In this document: positions 18,438-27,191 of the stretch, one piece after another
How the letters are laid out: every line of letters begins with the position of its first letter
Position numbering within the stretch: position 1 is the first letter of the stretch
Virus record (IMG/VR): IMGVR_UViG_3300038317_000237
Location: 1 to 35,308 of that record
DNA length: 35,308 nucleotides
Reading direction: 5' to 3' (one strand)
Source of the DNA: a virus
Lineage: Duplodnaviria > Caudoviricetes
Made by a program: the position numbers and the translations under genes
Notes under the pieces: generated by a model
Seen by the model: the letters and a program-made list of their open reading frames with translations, nothing else
What the model was told of the DNA's origin: nothing
Databases searched by the model: none

Positions 18438-20408
18438 GTGGCAAACATTATACCATATAAGAGTTTTTGTTGGAGCTTAGGCACAACAAGCTTTAGAACT
18501 AAAAATTTTAACAAGACCATAGAGGAACAGCTCGCTCTTTTGAACGAGTTTTGGAATAAGGCAGAAAATAAAGATGAAAAGTGGTCTGGAAATAACGAAT
18601 TACAAACTAAGTATTATAATTTTATGAAAGAAAAAAGGTTTGTTGAAGGGAACGCAGGAAATAAACCCAAAGACGCTCGTGAGAAAACTTCGGGGTTAGT
18701 CGATATCGGTTTGATAGATGATGGAAGAAAGCTTACTGATGCTGGACTAAATTTATTAGCTATTAGCGAATCCAATGACTTTTCCACTGATAATTTCTTT
18801 CACATACCCAAAGACAGTTTTATATATTTAAAGCAACTGCTTAAAACTTATAACGATATAAACGGAGGTGTTGTGCGTCCGTTTATTGTTCTGTTATATG
18901 TACTTTCTAAACTTGACACACTATCTTTAGAGGAATATACATACTTGTTACCACTTTGCACAAACAAAACATATACAGAACAAATTATTAAAGGTATTCA
19001 ACAGTGTAGGAATAGTGAAGCTTCAATAGATGACATAATCATCAACAGACTAATGAAAATGGATAATTATAATACAGCATTAAATTTGTTGCTTAAAAAT
19101 AATGTTAAAGAAGCTTTGCTATGTGAAATCGGTCTTAATAGGAAAAGTCGAAATTACGACAAAGTATATTGGCCGTTATATCAACATCTATATTCTGTAT
19201 ATGTTCAAAATGATATAGACTCACTTTCTTTGGTTTATTCTGCTACAAGAGATGTGAAAATAGGAAAATGGTGGCGCAGCTATATTTTCAATACAACATC
19301 AGAAGTGGCTATCGGTAAAAATCCAGCCGCCTGCAAAAAGAAAACAATTTTTGATAGTGTTACTAATGAAGCGGAGTTTAAGGTAACATTCTTTAAAATA
19401 ATGCACTTGTTCAAGGCAAAAGCAACACTATCGGACTATCTTGATCTTAACAGAAGATATATCAAAACAACAGATATTGTTTTGTTTGAAGATAATCTTG
19501 TGAAATTGGATATCGTACCAAAACATTTCTTTAAATCTGTTGCAGAACGGCTTTATTTGGAAGCATATACTTCATCTGAACTTCTTTTCAAAGATTGTTC
19601 ACTTCAAGAAATATCATCTTGTCTTGTAATTGATGAATCAGCAGTTATTACAGGCGTAAATGAAGAACTGGGAACAGATGTTACGACAATTGAAGAAGCT
19701 CGTTTAGCACTTGATGATAACCGTTATGCAAGATTACAACATCTAATTGATAATAAATTTACTGATGAAAATATCCTTACTCTTCTTGATAACTTCGAAG
19801 CAAGAAATGATAATGAAATTAGAGCGATGGTTACTGATAACGCTGATATACCTACTATTTTTGAGTATATATTGGGTATTCTTTGGTATAAAGTCAGCGA
19901 AAGACAAGGGAAACTTCTTGACTATATGAAGCTTTCTCTTGATGCGGATTTACTGCCTAAAACCCACGCTGCCGGTGGTGAAGCAGATATTGTTTATGAA
20001 TATGCGGAAACTGGATATTATCCAGAGCATACACTGTTATTGGAAGCAACGCTTGCCGATAGCACAAATCAGCGTAGAATGGAAATGGAGCCTGTTTCAA
20101 GACATTTAGGGCAGCATTTAATTCGTACAGGTAATTTAAATTCCTATTGCGTCTTTGCAACTAATTTTCTTAATATAAATGTAATAGCTGATTTTAGAGG
20201 AAGAAAACATATGCCTTACTATGATACTCAAGACTATTCGAAAAGTGTTTCAGGAATGAAAATAATTCCGCTGCAAACATCAGAGCTAAAGAAAATAGTC
20301 ATAAATCAAAAGAAATATAAAGACTTGTATCCATTGTTTGATGAGGCGTTTAATTCGGATTTGCCTCCACACGAATGGTACAGTGAGTGCATTCTAAGGA
20401 CTATTTAA
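18438..20408 (+). CDS. AlwI-family type IIS restriction endonuclease
   Basis: W.LGTTSFR N-terminus; PKTHAAGGEADI..LLEATL..QRRMEMEPVSRH catalytic region; two MTases imply an asymmetric site. Confidence 0.85.
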   Translation: MANIIPYKSFCWSLGTTSFRTKNFNKTIEEQLALLNEFWNKAENKDEKWSGNNELQTKYYNFMKEKRFVEGNAGNKPKDAREKTSGLVDIGLIDDGRKLTDAGLNLLAISESNDFSTDNFFHIPKDSFIYLKQLLKTYNDINGGVVRPFIVLLYVLSKLDTLSLEEYTYLLPLCTNKTYTEQIIKGIQQCRNSEASIDDIIINRLMKMDNYNTALNLLLKNNVKEALLCEIGLNRKSRNYDKVYWPLYQHLYSVYVQNDIDSLSLVYSATRDVKIGKWWRSYIFNTTSEVAIGKNPAACKKKTIFDSVTNEAEFKVTFFKIMHLFKAKATLSDYLDLNRRYIKTTDIVLFEDNLVKLDIVPKHFFKSVAERLYLEAYTSSELLFKDCSLQEISSCLVIDESAVITGVNEELGTDVTTIEEARLALDDNRYARLQHLIDNKFTDENILTLLDNFEARNDNEIRAMVTDNADIPTIFEYILGILWYKVSERQGKLLDYMKLSLDADLLPKTHAAGGEADIVYEYAETGYYPEHTLLLEATLADSTNQRRMEMEPVSRHLGQHLIRTGNLNSYCVFATNFLNINVIADFRGRKHMPYYDTQDYSKSVSGMKIIPLQTSELKKIVINQKKYKDLYPLFDEAFNSDLPPHEWYSECILRTI

Positions 20409-20573
20409 TTTAGAGGGATAATTAAGATGATTAAGCATAAATTTTTATAAGTTACTGACTCCATTTTGACTCTACAATTTATGCAAGTCTAAATTTAAGA
20501 ACACTAAAATGCAAATATCGACAATAAAAGCTATTAAATTACACATGAAATAACCTATATTAATCCGTTAGGA

Positions 20574-20588
20574 ATCGAGTGGGAATGA
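20574..20588 (+). repeat. att core resembling the guaA 3' end
   Basis: ATCGAGTGGGAATGA encodes IEWE*; CGAGTGGGAAT is repeated at 35280. Confidence 0.75.
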
Positions 20589-20648
20589 TTTGAAAAGGCC
20601 ATTGAACCCAGTAGTTATGCGGGTCGGCGTTTTATCAAGGTTCCCGAT

Positions 20649-20665
20649 GGCAACGTTTTGGCAAC
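20649..20665 (+). repeat. Arm-type-like site GGCAAC-N5-GGCAAC (left)
   Basis: GGCAACGTTTTGGCAAC; 16/17 identical to 35163-35179. Confidence 0.65.
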
Positions 20666-20683
20666 ACTGATTCCAAGATTCAT

Positions 20684-20728
20684 AAAAAGAGCTAACTGAT
20701 TTTAACCGATCAGTTAGCTCTTTTTTTA
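20684..20728. terminator. Bidirectional intrinsic terminator
   Basis: AAAAAGAGCTAACTGAT-loop-ATCAGTTAGCTCTTTTTTT. Confidence 0.85.
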
Positions 20729-20781
20729 TTGAATGCCCATGTGCTAAGCAACATAATTTAATAAAGTGTTATTCGGACAGT

Positions 20782-20949
20782 CTAGTTTTTACATCCATTT
20801 TTGTCGCATGTAATAGCCTCAGTAGTTAAAACCCAGTCCTCAGGGTTGTCATCTATTCTCGCTCCGCAACCAGTGTAATTACCGTTTTTGAGATGTATTT
20901 TCCCTTTTTCCGATTTCGTTGTGTCATTACCAATGTATTTAATGTTCAT
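20782..20949 (-). CDS. 55-aa His/Cys small protein (not in ORF track)
   Basis: AAAGGAGGTG RBS overlapping the repressor end; MNIKYIGNDTTKSEKGKIHLKNGNYTGCGARIDDNPEDWVLTTEAITCDKNGCKN. Confidence 0.75.
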   Translation of the reverse strand: MNIKYIGNDTTKSEKGKIHLKNGNYTGCGARIDDNPEDWVLTTEAITCDKNGCKN

Positions 20950-20954
20950 TATGT

Positions 20955-21407
20955 TCACCTCCTTTGTATGATCGGATAATTATACCGCCAAGTATTATAT
21001 TCCTCTTTGGTAATTTCTCCGTTTCTAAACTTTTCAGCCTCATGCTGCCAAGCACTGAACATATCAAGCAAAGAAAGATAGGTTGTATCCTTGGATTTAT
21101 CAAGTCTAAGGCAAAGCTCTCCGTCAATTTCGCCAACCTTGATACCATATAAATCTTCCAATGCGAAAAAGGTGTGCATCAGACCAATATATGAGTCGAT
21201 TTCAGGGACAGTGAGGGCTTTTGGTGATACTTCCAGCGCCTCCGCCAAGGTGTTCACCAGATTTTCTTTTGGAGTGCGGGTGCCCGATTCGTATTGCGCC
21301 ATGCGCACATCGGCATTCCGCTTATCAAAGCCGACTTTTATTCCCAGCATTTTCTGCGTCATGCCGCGGAGATTTCGGATAAACCGAATTCGTTCACCGA
21401 TAGCCAT
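20955..21407 (-). CDS. XRE-family repressor of the IME
   Basis: IGERIRFIRNLRGMTQK..QYESGTRTPK; divergent from xis-int. Confidence 0.9.
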   Translation of the reverse strand: MAIGERIRFIRNLRGMTQKMLGIKVGFDKRNADVRMAQYESGTRTPKENLVNTLAEALEVSPKALTVPEIDSYIGLMHTFFALEDLYGIKVGEIDGELCLRLDKSKDTTYLSLLDMFSAWQHEAEKFRNGEITKEEYNTWRYNYPIIQRR

Positions 21408-21451
21408 AACCGTCTATCCCCTGTTCTGTGTAAGATTGAACTTATGAATTC

Positions 21452-21579
21452 ATTATAGCTTATTTGTTTAAGAATCGTCAAGATATATTAAACAAAAAAG
21501 TTAAATATTTTGGAGGAGAAGCCATTGACACAAGCAAATATGCTTAGTATAATAAGAACAGTTAAACAAATATGTTTAA
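21452..21579. promoter_or_regulatory. Divergent promoters with four TTAAACAAATATGTTTAA-like operators
   Basis: Plus strand TTGACA(21525)-17-TATAAT(21548); minus strand TTGACG(21481)-18-TATAAT; operator copies near 21456, 21488, 21530 and 21562. Confidence 0.8.
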
Positions 21580-21759
21580 TACAAAGTGAATGACCGTCCA
21601 AACAGATACCTTCCGGGGAAACAGGCTAAGACCTTTTGATGACACAAGTGAGCCTGCCAAGGAGGAAAAAACGGCACAGCGCCAAATAAGGTTGCCTGCC
21701 AGGAAGCTGCACGGGGAGAACGGCGCCAAATAAGAGCAATAACGAAAGGAGAGGCTTTC

Positions 21760-21954
21760 ATGAGTAATTTCTTTATGGGAGTGGACGAGGTGGCAACGGA
21801 GCTGGAGGTGTCGAAATCCTTTGCCTACAAAATCATGCGTGAGCTCAATGCCGAGCTGAAAAAGAAGGGATATCTGACCATTTCCGGCAAAGTCAGCCGA
21901 AAGTATTTTTTGGAGAAGCTTTGTTACGGCGAATCCAAAAGCGAAAAGGAGTGA
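21760..21954 (+). CDS. Excisionase-like protein
   Basis: VDEVATELEVSKSFAYKIMRELN..GKVSRKYF, immediately before the integrase. Confidence 0.8.
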   Translation: MSNFFMGVDEVATELEVSKSFAYKIMRELNAELKKKGYLTISGKVSRKYFLEKLCYGESKSEKE

Positions 21955-21959
21955 TACGG

Positions 21960-23063
21960 GTGGCTGCTTATAAAGAGCCCCAAACAAACACATGGCGCGT
22001 AGTTTACCGCTATACCGACTGGAAAGGAGAACGAAAACAGACCCAGAAACGTGGGTTCCCAACCAAAAGAGAGGCCCTTGCGTGGGAACGCGAACAGCTT
22101 CAGAAGGTGAAAGCCGATCTGGACATGACATTTGAAAGTTTCGTGGCGGTTTACACAGAGGATATGCAAAACCGTATGAAGGAAAATACTTGGGCTACTA
22201 AGGAACATATCATTCGTACAAAACTGGTTCCATTCTTCGGAAAGCGGAAAATGAGCGAAATTCAGCCAAAAGACATTATTGCCTGGCAAAATACCATGAT
22301 TCGGTATCGGGATGAGCATGGCAAGCCTTACTCGCCGGTTTATCTGAAAACACTCCACAATCAGCTCAGTTGCCTTTTCAATCATGCGGTGAAATATTAC
22401 GAGCTTTCCCAAAATCCGGCGGCTAAGGTTGGGAATATGGGCAAGGCGAAAAACCAGGAAATGCAGTTCTGGACAAAAGATGAATATCTGAAATTTGCCG
22501 ATGCCATGATGGACAAGCCGATGTCTTATTATGCGTTTGAAATGCTGTACTGGTGCGGTATTCGGGAAGGTGAGCTGCTGGCTTTAACGCCCGCCGACTT
22601 CGATTTCAAGAAGAATATGCTTTCCATCACAAAATCCTATCAGCGACTGAAAGGCAAGGACTTGATTACGACGCCGAAGACGCCAAAAAGCAACCGGGTG
22701 ATTAAGATGCCCCAGTTCTTGAGTGATGAAATGCAGGATTTTCTCAAGACTTTATATGGGCTTCAGCCGTCAGACCGGATTTTTACCGTCACGAAATATT
22801 ATCTTCATCATGAAATGAAACGGGGCGCGGCGACTGCCGGGGTAAAACGTATCCGCATCCATGATTTGAGGCATTCACACGTTTCGCTGCTAATTGAAAT
22901 GGGCTTTTCCGCCGTAGCTATCGCCGACCGGCTCGGTCATGAGAGTATTGAAATTACATATAATTATGCCCATCTGTTTCCGTCGGAGCAGAAAGAAATG
23001 GCGGATAAGCTGGATATTGAGCGTACTGGAAGGAGTGTTAAAGATGTCCCTGAAAAATCGTGA
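21960..23063 (+). CDS. Tyrosine integrase with N-terminal arm-binding domain
   Basis: KRGF.TKREA; GIREGE, HDLRHSH, RLGH..ITYNYAH; GTG start after AAAGGAG. Confidence 0.95.
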   Translation: MAAYKEPQTNTWRVVYRYTDWKGERKQTQKRGFPTKREALAWEREQLQKVKADLDMTFESFVAVYTEDMQNRMKENTWATKEHIIRTKLVPFFGKRKMSEIQPKDIIAWQNTMIRYRDEHGKPYSPVYLKTLHNQLSCLFNHAVKYYELSQNPAAKVGNMGKAKNQEMQFWTKDEYLKFADAMMDKPMSYYAFEMLYWCGIREGELLALTPADFDFKKNMLSITKSYQRLKGKDLITTPKTPKSNRVIKMPQFLSDEMQDFLKTLYGLQPSDRIFTVTKYYLHHEMKRGAATAGVKRIRIHDLRHSHVSLLIEMGFSAVAIADRLGHESIEITYNYAHLFPSEQKEMADKLDIERTGRSVKDVPEKS

Positions 23064-23364
23064 TGAAAAGGGTCGCTGGAGAAATAAGACCGTGGCGTTT
23101 AGGGTTTCACCGGAGGAGGACGAGCAGATTGAAACAGCTGTCCGACTTTCCGGCCTAACAAAACAGGACTATATCATCCGGCGGCTGCAAAACCGCGATG
23201 TTGTGGTAGTTGGAAACCCGAGAGTCTATAAGGCACTTCGGAATCAGCTTGCGGCGGTGCTTACGGAATTGCAGCGGATTAGCGCCAGCGCATCGGTCAG
23301 CAGTGAGTTGTTGGACATGATTAGGCTGATTACTGTTACCATGAACGGCATGAAGGAGGACTGA
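23044..23364 (+). CDS. MobC-like RHH mobilisation accessory protein
   Basis: KTVAFRVSPEE..LSGLTKQDYI. Confidence 0.7.
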   Translation: MSLKNRDEKGRWRNKTVAFRVSPEEDEQIETAVRLSGLTKQDYIIRRLQNRDVVVVGNPRVYKALRNQLAAVLTELQRISASASVSSELLDMIRLITVTMNGMKED

Positions 23365-23368
23365 TAGA

Positions 23369-24514
23369 ATGGGCTTATCCCAAGAAAAAACGACTACCCT
23401 TGATTCATCTGTTGGCGCAGACGATGGGCAGCCGCTTCATAACACTACTGACAAAATTATAGCAGATGAGAATTCGGAAAGCAAGGAAACCGAAAAGTAT
23501 TTGGAAGCGTATCAACGCGATGTACTCCGAATGATGGACCCGGCTTACCTTCACACAGTTTCCATGAACGAGCTTTATGAAACGGTCTATTCGAGCAGGC
23601 CGCCGCTGATTGACGGACTGCTCTATCCGGGTACATACCTGTTTGTGGGCGCGCCGAAACTCGGCAAGAGCTTCTTTATGGCACAGCTTGCTTACCACAT
23701 CAGCACGGGACTCCCGCTCTGGAATTTTTCCGTTAAACAGGGCACAGTGCTATATCTGGCGCTTGAGGATGATTATAAACGGTTGCAGGAGCGTTTGTTC
23801 CGGATGTTCGGAACAGACAGCGCGGAAAATCTCTTCTTTTCCATTTCTGCCAAGCAGCTCGGAAACGGTCTGGAAGAACAGCTCCAGAGATTCACACAAG
23901 AGCACTCCGGGACAAATCTGATTATTATCGACACGTTACAGAAAATCCGGGAGATCGGCGGAGATTCTTATAGCTACGCGAACGACTATGAAATTATCAC
24001 GAGGTTGAAACAGTTTGCAAATGACTCCGGCGTCTGCCTGTTGTTGGTGCACCATACCCGGAAGCAGCAGGCCAATGATCGATTCGATATGATTTCAGGC
24101 ACCAACGGCTTGCTAGGCGCGGCGGACGGTGCTTTCCTATTGCAAAAGGAAAAGCGCACGAGCAACGACGCTACGCTGGATATATCCGGACGTGACCAGC
24201 AGGATCAGCGGCTGTATCTTAAGCGTAATCCGGAAACGTTAGCATGGATACTGGAAAAAGCCGAAACGAAATTGTGGCGGGAACCGCCCGATCCCATACT
24301 GGAGGCAGTAGCTTCGGTTGTTACGGAAGCACAGCCGGTTTGGAACGGGAGTCCAACCGAGCTTGTCAATCGGATTGGTCTAGATATGAAGCCGAACGCG
24401 TTGACCTTACAGCTGAATGTAAAAGCCGGGCGGTTACTCAATGAGCATGGAATTCGTTATGAAAGCAGCCGGACCCATTCAGGCCGAAATATTTGCCTTA
24501 CATTGGAAAAATGA
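23369..24514 (+). CDS. AAA_25/RepA-like replicative helicase
   Basis: GAPKLGKS, VLYLALED, IIIDTLQ, LVHHTRK. Confidence 0.85.
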   Translation: MGLSQEKTTTLDSSVGADDGQPLHNTTDKIIADENSESKETEKYLEAYQRDVLRMMDPAYLHTVSMNELYETVYSSRPPLIDGLLYPGTYLFVGAPKLGKSFFMAQLAYHISTGLPLWNFSVKQGTVLYLALEDDYKRLQERLFRMFGTDSAENLFFSISAKQLGNGLEEQLQRFTQEHSGTNLIIIDTLQKIREIGGDSYSYANDYEIITRLKQFANDSGVCLLLVHHTRKQQANDRFDMISGTNGLLGAADGAFLLQKEKRTSNDATLDISGRDQQDQRLYLKRNPETLAWILEKAETKLWREPPDPILEAVASVVTEAQPVWNGSPTELVNRIGLDMKPNALTLQLNVKAGRLLNEHGIRYESSRTHSGRNICLTLEK

Positions 24515-24520
24515 TAAAGC

Positions 24521-24602
24521 GTGACGATGGTGACGGTCGTGACGGTATTTCAGATAGTGGGCCCGGTGTCTCAGACATCGACACCATCGTCACAGTCGTC
24601 AC
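24521..24602. repeat. Inverted iteron arrays, putative IME replication origin
   Basis: GTGACG at 24521, 24530, 24539; CG(T/A)CAC at 24579, 24588, 24597; 9-bp period. Confidence 0.7.
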
Positions 24603-24720
24603 GGAAAGTTTGGACGGAATGCAGAGATGCCCTTTTCAAAAGGCGTTCCCTGCTGGGGCACTGTCCGCAGACAGTGGGGCAAAGCCCCAACCGCCGTAGG
24701 CGGATAACCACTCCGTAGGG

Positions 24721-24783
24721 CGCAAAGGTACTTTTGATGCGAAGTGTCAAAAGTGCTTTTGCGTTACTTTTGACAAAAGTAAC
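24721..24783 (+). other. Putative oriT
   Basis: Adjacent inverted repeats CGCAAAGGTACTTTTGA/TCAAAAGTGCTTTTGCG and GTTACTTTTG-A-CAAAAGTAAC just upstream of the relaxase. Confidence 0.6.
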
Positions 24784-24830
24784 AAAACCCGGCATTCGCC
24801 GAATATTAGCCCACAAAGAAAGGAGAGCAC

Positions 24831-26066
24831 ATGAAGCGGACAATCAGCGTTATGATTGGGAAAGGGTGCCTCAACCATAACGAACGGAAATTCCATGCAA
24901 AAAATACCGACCCGGAACGTACTTATTTGAATCAGACTTATTGCAATGAGCGGATTCGGAATGTCTATCATGAACTGTTTGATGATGCGGTAAAGCGCTA
25001 TAACGCCAAACAGAAACGGAGCGACCGCTGCATTTCTGATTATTACCGCAAAATCCGCACGGGCAAGCAGGAAAAGCCGTTCCATGAAGTAATCATCCAA
25101 ATCGGAAATAAGGATGATACCGGCGTCCTGACGGAGAACGGCAAGGTTGCTGTTAGCGCTCTGAATGAGTATATGGAAGACTTTAAAAAGCGAAACCCGT
25201 ATCTCCGGGTCTTTTCTGCTCATCTGCATATGGATGAGGCCACGCCACATTTACATATCGATTTTGTTCCGTTTACCACCGGCAGCAAGCGGGGACTGGA
25301 TACGCGGGTATCGCTGAAACAGGCGCTGGCGGCGCAGGGTTTCAAGGGTGGCAGTCGGCAGGACACGGAGTGGAACCAATGGGTCGATGCGGAGAAACAG
25401 CAGCTTGCCCTTGTGATGGAGCGTCATGGTATTGAGTGGGAAAAGCTCGGAACACATGAAAAGCACCTGAGCGTTTTAAATTATGAAAAGCAGGAGCGGG
25501 ATAAAGAGGTTGCTCGTCTGGATGTGCAAATTGAAAAGCAACTCACTGATTTGCAACGGTTTGATACCAAACAGAAAAGTCTGCAAGCCGGTATCGGACA
25601 GACGGAAAAATCGCTGGAGGTGGTGCAGAAGAAGCTGAACCGCCTGCAAAAACAAGAATCGTTGGTGAATCTCAATGTGGACCGTTATGACACCGAGAAA
25701 AAATGGCAACTTCCTGAGCCGGGAGCGTTGATGTCGGCCAGAAGCTACAAAATCAAAATTGTTGCGCCGTTTATTTCCAAACTGAAAGACGTGATTCGAA
25801 GCATTGTGGCGCAGTATCTGCGGTTGAAAGGAAAAACAGATGATTTGGAGAACCAGCTTGCCAGCGCATATGACCGTCTTGGTACCTTGAATTCTTCGTT
25901 TGATCGCATGGTAGAGGAAACACTGACTCTCCGTCGGACTCTTGTGGATTACAAACGGATTCGGCGTGCGTTAGGGGAGCGGCAAGCGGACAAGCTATTG
26001 GAACAGGTGAAAACGGAAGAACGGAGCAGAAATATATTATCGAAAACGAAAAGAATAGATAGATGA
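24831..26066 (+). CDS. MobV (Mob/Pre) relaxase
   Basis: NHNER, HLHMDEATPHLHIDF, coiled-coil C-terminus. Confidence 0.9.
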   Translation: MKRTISVMIGKGCLNHNERKFHAKNTDPERTYLNQTYCNERIRNVYHELFDDAVKRYNAKQKRSDRCISDYYRKIRTGKQEKPFHEVIIQIGNKDDTGVLTENGKVAVSALNEYMEDFKKRNPYLRVFSAHLHMDEATPHLHIDFVPFTTGSKRGLDTRVSLKQALAAQGFKGGSRQDTEWNQWVDAEKQQLALVMERHGIEWEKLGTHEKHLSVLNYEKQERDKEVARLDVQIEKQLTDLQRFDTKQKSLQAGIGQTEKSLEVVQKKLNRLQKQESLVNLNVDRYDTEKKWQLPEPGALMSARSYKIKIVAPFISKLKDVIRSIVAQYLRLKGKTDDLENQLASAYDRLGTLNSSFDRMVEETLTLRRTLVDYKRIRRALGERQADKLLEQVKTEERSRNILSKTKRIDR

Positions 26067-26153
26067 GGCAGATGTGCAATAGAAGACAAAGAACATACAT
26101 GTAAGTTAAATAAGTCATGCATAGAATATGACAAAAAAATAATGCAAAAAATA

Positions 26154-26182
26154 TTGACATGAGGAAAAATATATGATATATT
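26154..26182 (+). promoter_or_regulatory. SigA promoter of the cargo region
   Basis: TTGACA-17-TATATT with extended TG; flanked by inverted TGCATAGAATA/TATTCTATGCA. Confidence 0.7.
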
Positions 26183-26191
26183 CTATGCAGG

Positions 26192-26260
26192 ACAAGAAAA
26201 TACCGTCAAAAGCAGTGGCAACTACTCTTGACGGTACCCTCATTGATATACTTCAATCTA
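26192..26260 (-). ncRNA. Putative cis-antisense sRNA
   Basis: Minus-strand TTGACA(26294-26289)-17-TATCAT(26271-26266), then hairpin 26201-26236 and a TTTTCTT tail. Confidence 0.5.
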
Positions 26261-26332
26261 ATTGCATGATAGCAAAATTCCATCGATTTGTCAATGAAGG
26301 CTTGTTACTTTGGCAAAAAGGAGGACACTATC

Positions 26333-26536
26333 ATGCGATTTTATGCTAATAAAAATGCACAGTCGAATGGGGATCACGAAGTTCATCGCTCGACATGCAA
26401 CTGGTTACCAGATGCCGAAAATCGGTTATACTTAGGCGATTTTTTGACGTCACAGGACGCAGTCAGAGAAGCAAAGCAATACTATGACCGTGCTGACGGT
26501 TGTGCCTATTGCTGCCCTGAGTCGCATACATCCTAA
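26333..26536 (+). CDS. 67-aa His/Cys putative metal-binding protein
   Basis: AAGGAGG RBS; GDHEVH..C..LP..YLG and DGCAYCCPESH; followed by hairpin AGCCCGTCC/GGACGGGCT. Confidence 0.8.
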   Translation: MRFYANKNAQSNGDHEVHRSTCNWLPDAENRLYLGDFLTSQDAVREAKQYYDRADGCAYCCPESHTS

Positions 26537-26594
26537 TTCCTTTTCAGCCCGTCCGCATTCTGTGGACGGGCTAAGACTTAATAAGGAGCATTCT

Positions 26595-27191
26595 ATGGAA
26601 AAGTTGAAACTGTCAAGGATTGCGACTGTGCAGAGTGGTTTAGTTCTGAACCGAAAAGAAGCCAGAGAATCCGGATCGGTAAAGAAGCAGTATAAACGGT
26701 TAAGCTTACGCTCGCTTGGCGATGATGGGTCGCTGAAAATTAATGAGTTGGATGAATATAATTCTTCTGAGATTCTCGACCAAACGGTTTTGACTCAGGA
26801 GAAAGATATTGTTGCTAGGTTGTTTGCACCTATTTTTCCAGTAACAATACAAGAAAATGAAACCGGGTTTGTCATTCCTTCACAGCTAGCAGTAATCCGG
26901 CTAAAGAATGCACGCAAGATCATGCCGGATTATTTAAGGTGGTATTTATCAGTACCATTAGTTACAGATAAAATTCTTTTAAAGGAAGGTTGGCAAATGC
27001 AGCGGGCAATAAAGATCAGCACACTGTCTGATATTTATATTCCAATTCCGCCACTACAGAAACAGCGGCTTATCGTTCAAATATGCACAACGGGTATGAA
27101 ACGCGAGAGTCTATATCGCGAGCTTATCGAGCAAGAAAAACTTTATATGAATGCGCAGATTCAGAAAATAATCGGAGGAACAGTGGAATGA
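26595..27191 (+). CDS. Half-size HsdS-like protein (single TRD)
   Basis: KLSRIA..SG, DIV, PDYL.WYL, IPIPPLQKQ plus coiled coil; ATGA overlap with hsdM. Confidence 0.75.
   Translation: MEKLKLSRIATVQSGLVLNRKEARESGSVKKQYKRLSLRSLGDDGSLKINELDEYNSSEILDQTVLTQEKDIVARLFAPIFPVTIQENETGFVIPSQLAVIRLKNARKIMPDYLRWYLSVPLVTDKILLKEGWQMQRAIKISTLSDIYIPIPPLQKQRLIVQICTTGMKRESLYRELIEQEKLYMNAQIQKIIGGTVE

Noticed and set aside
20428-20451. RBS and ATG after the endonuclease (MIKHKFL*)
   Set aside because: Only 7 codons; at most a gene remnant
24493-24843. Short ORFs over the IME ori/oriT
   Set aside because: By-products of iteron repeats in a cis-acting region
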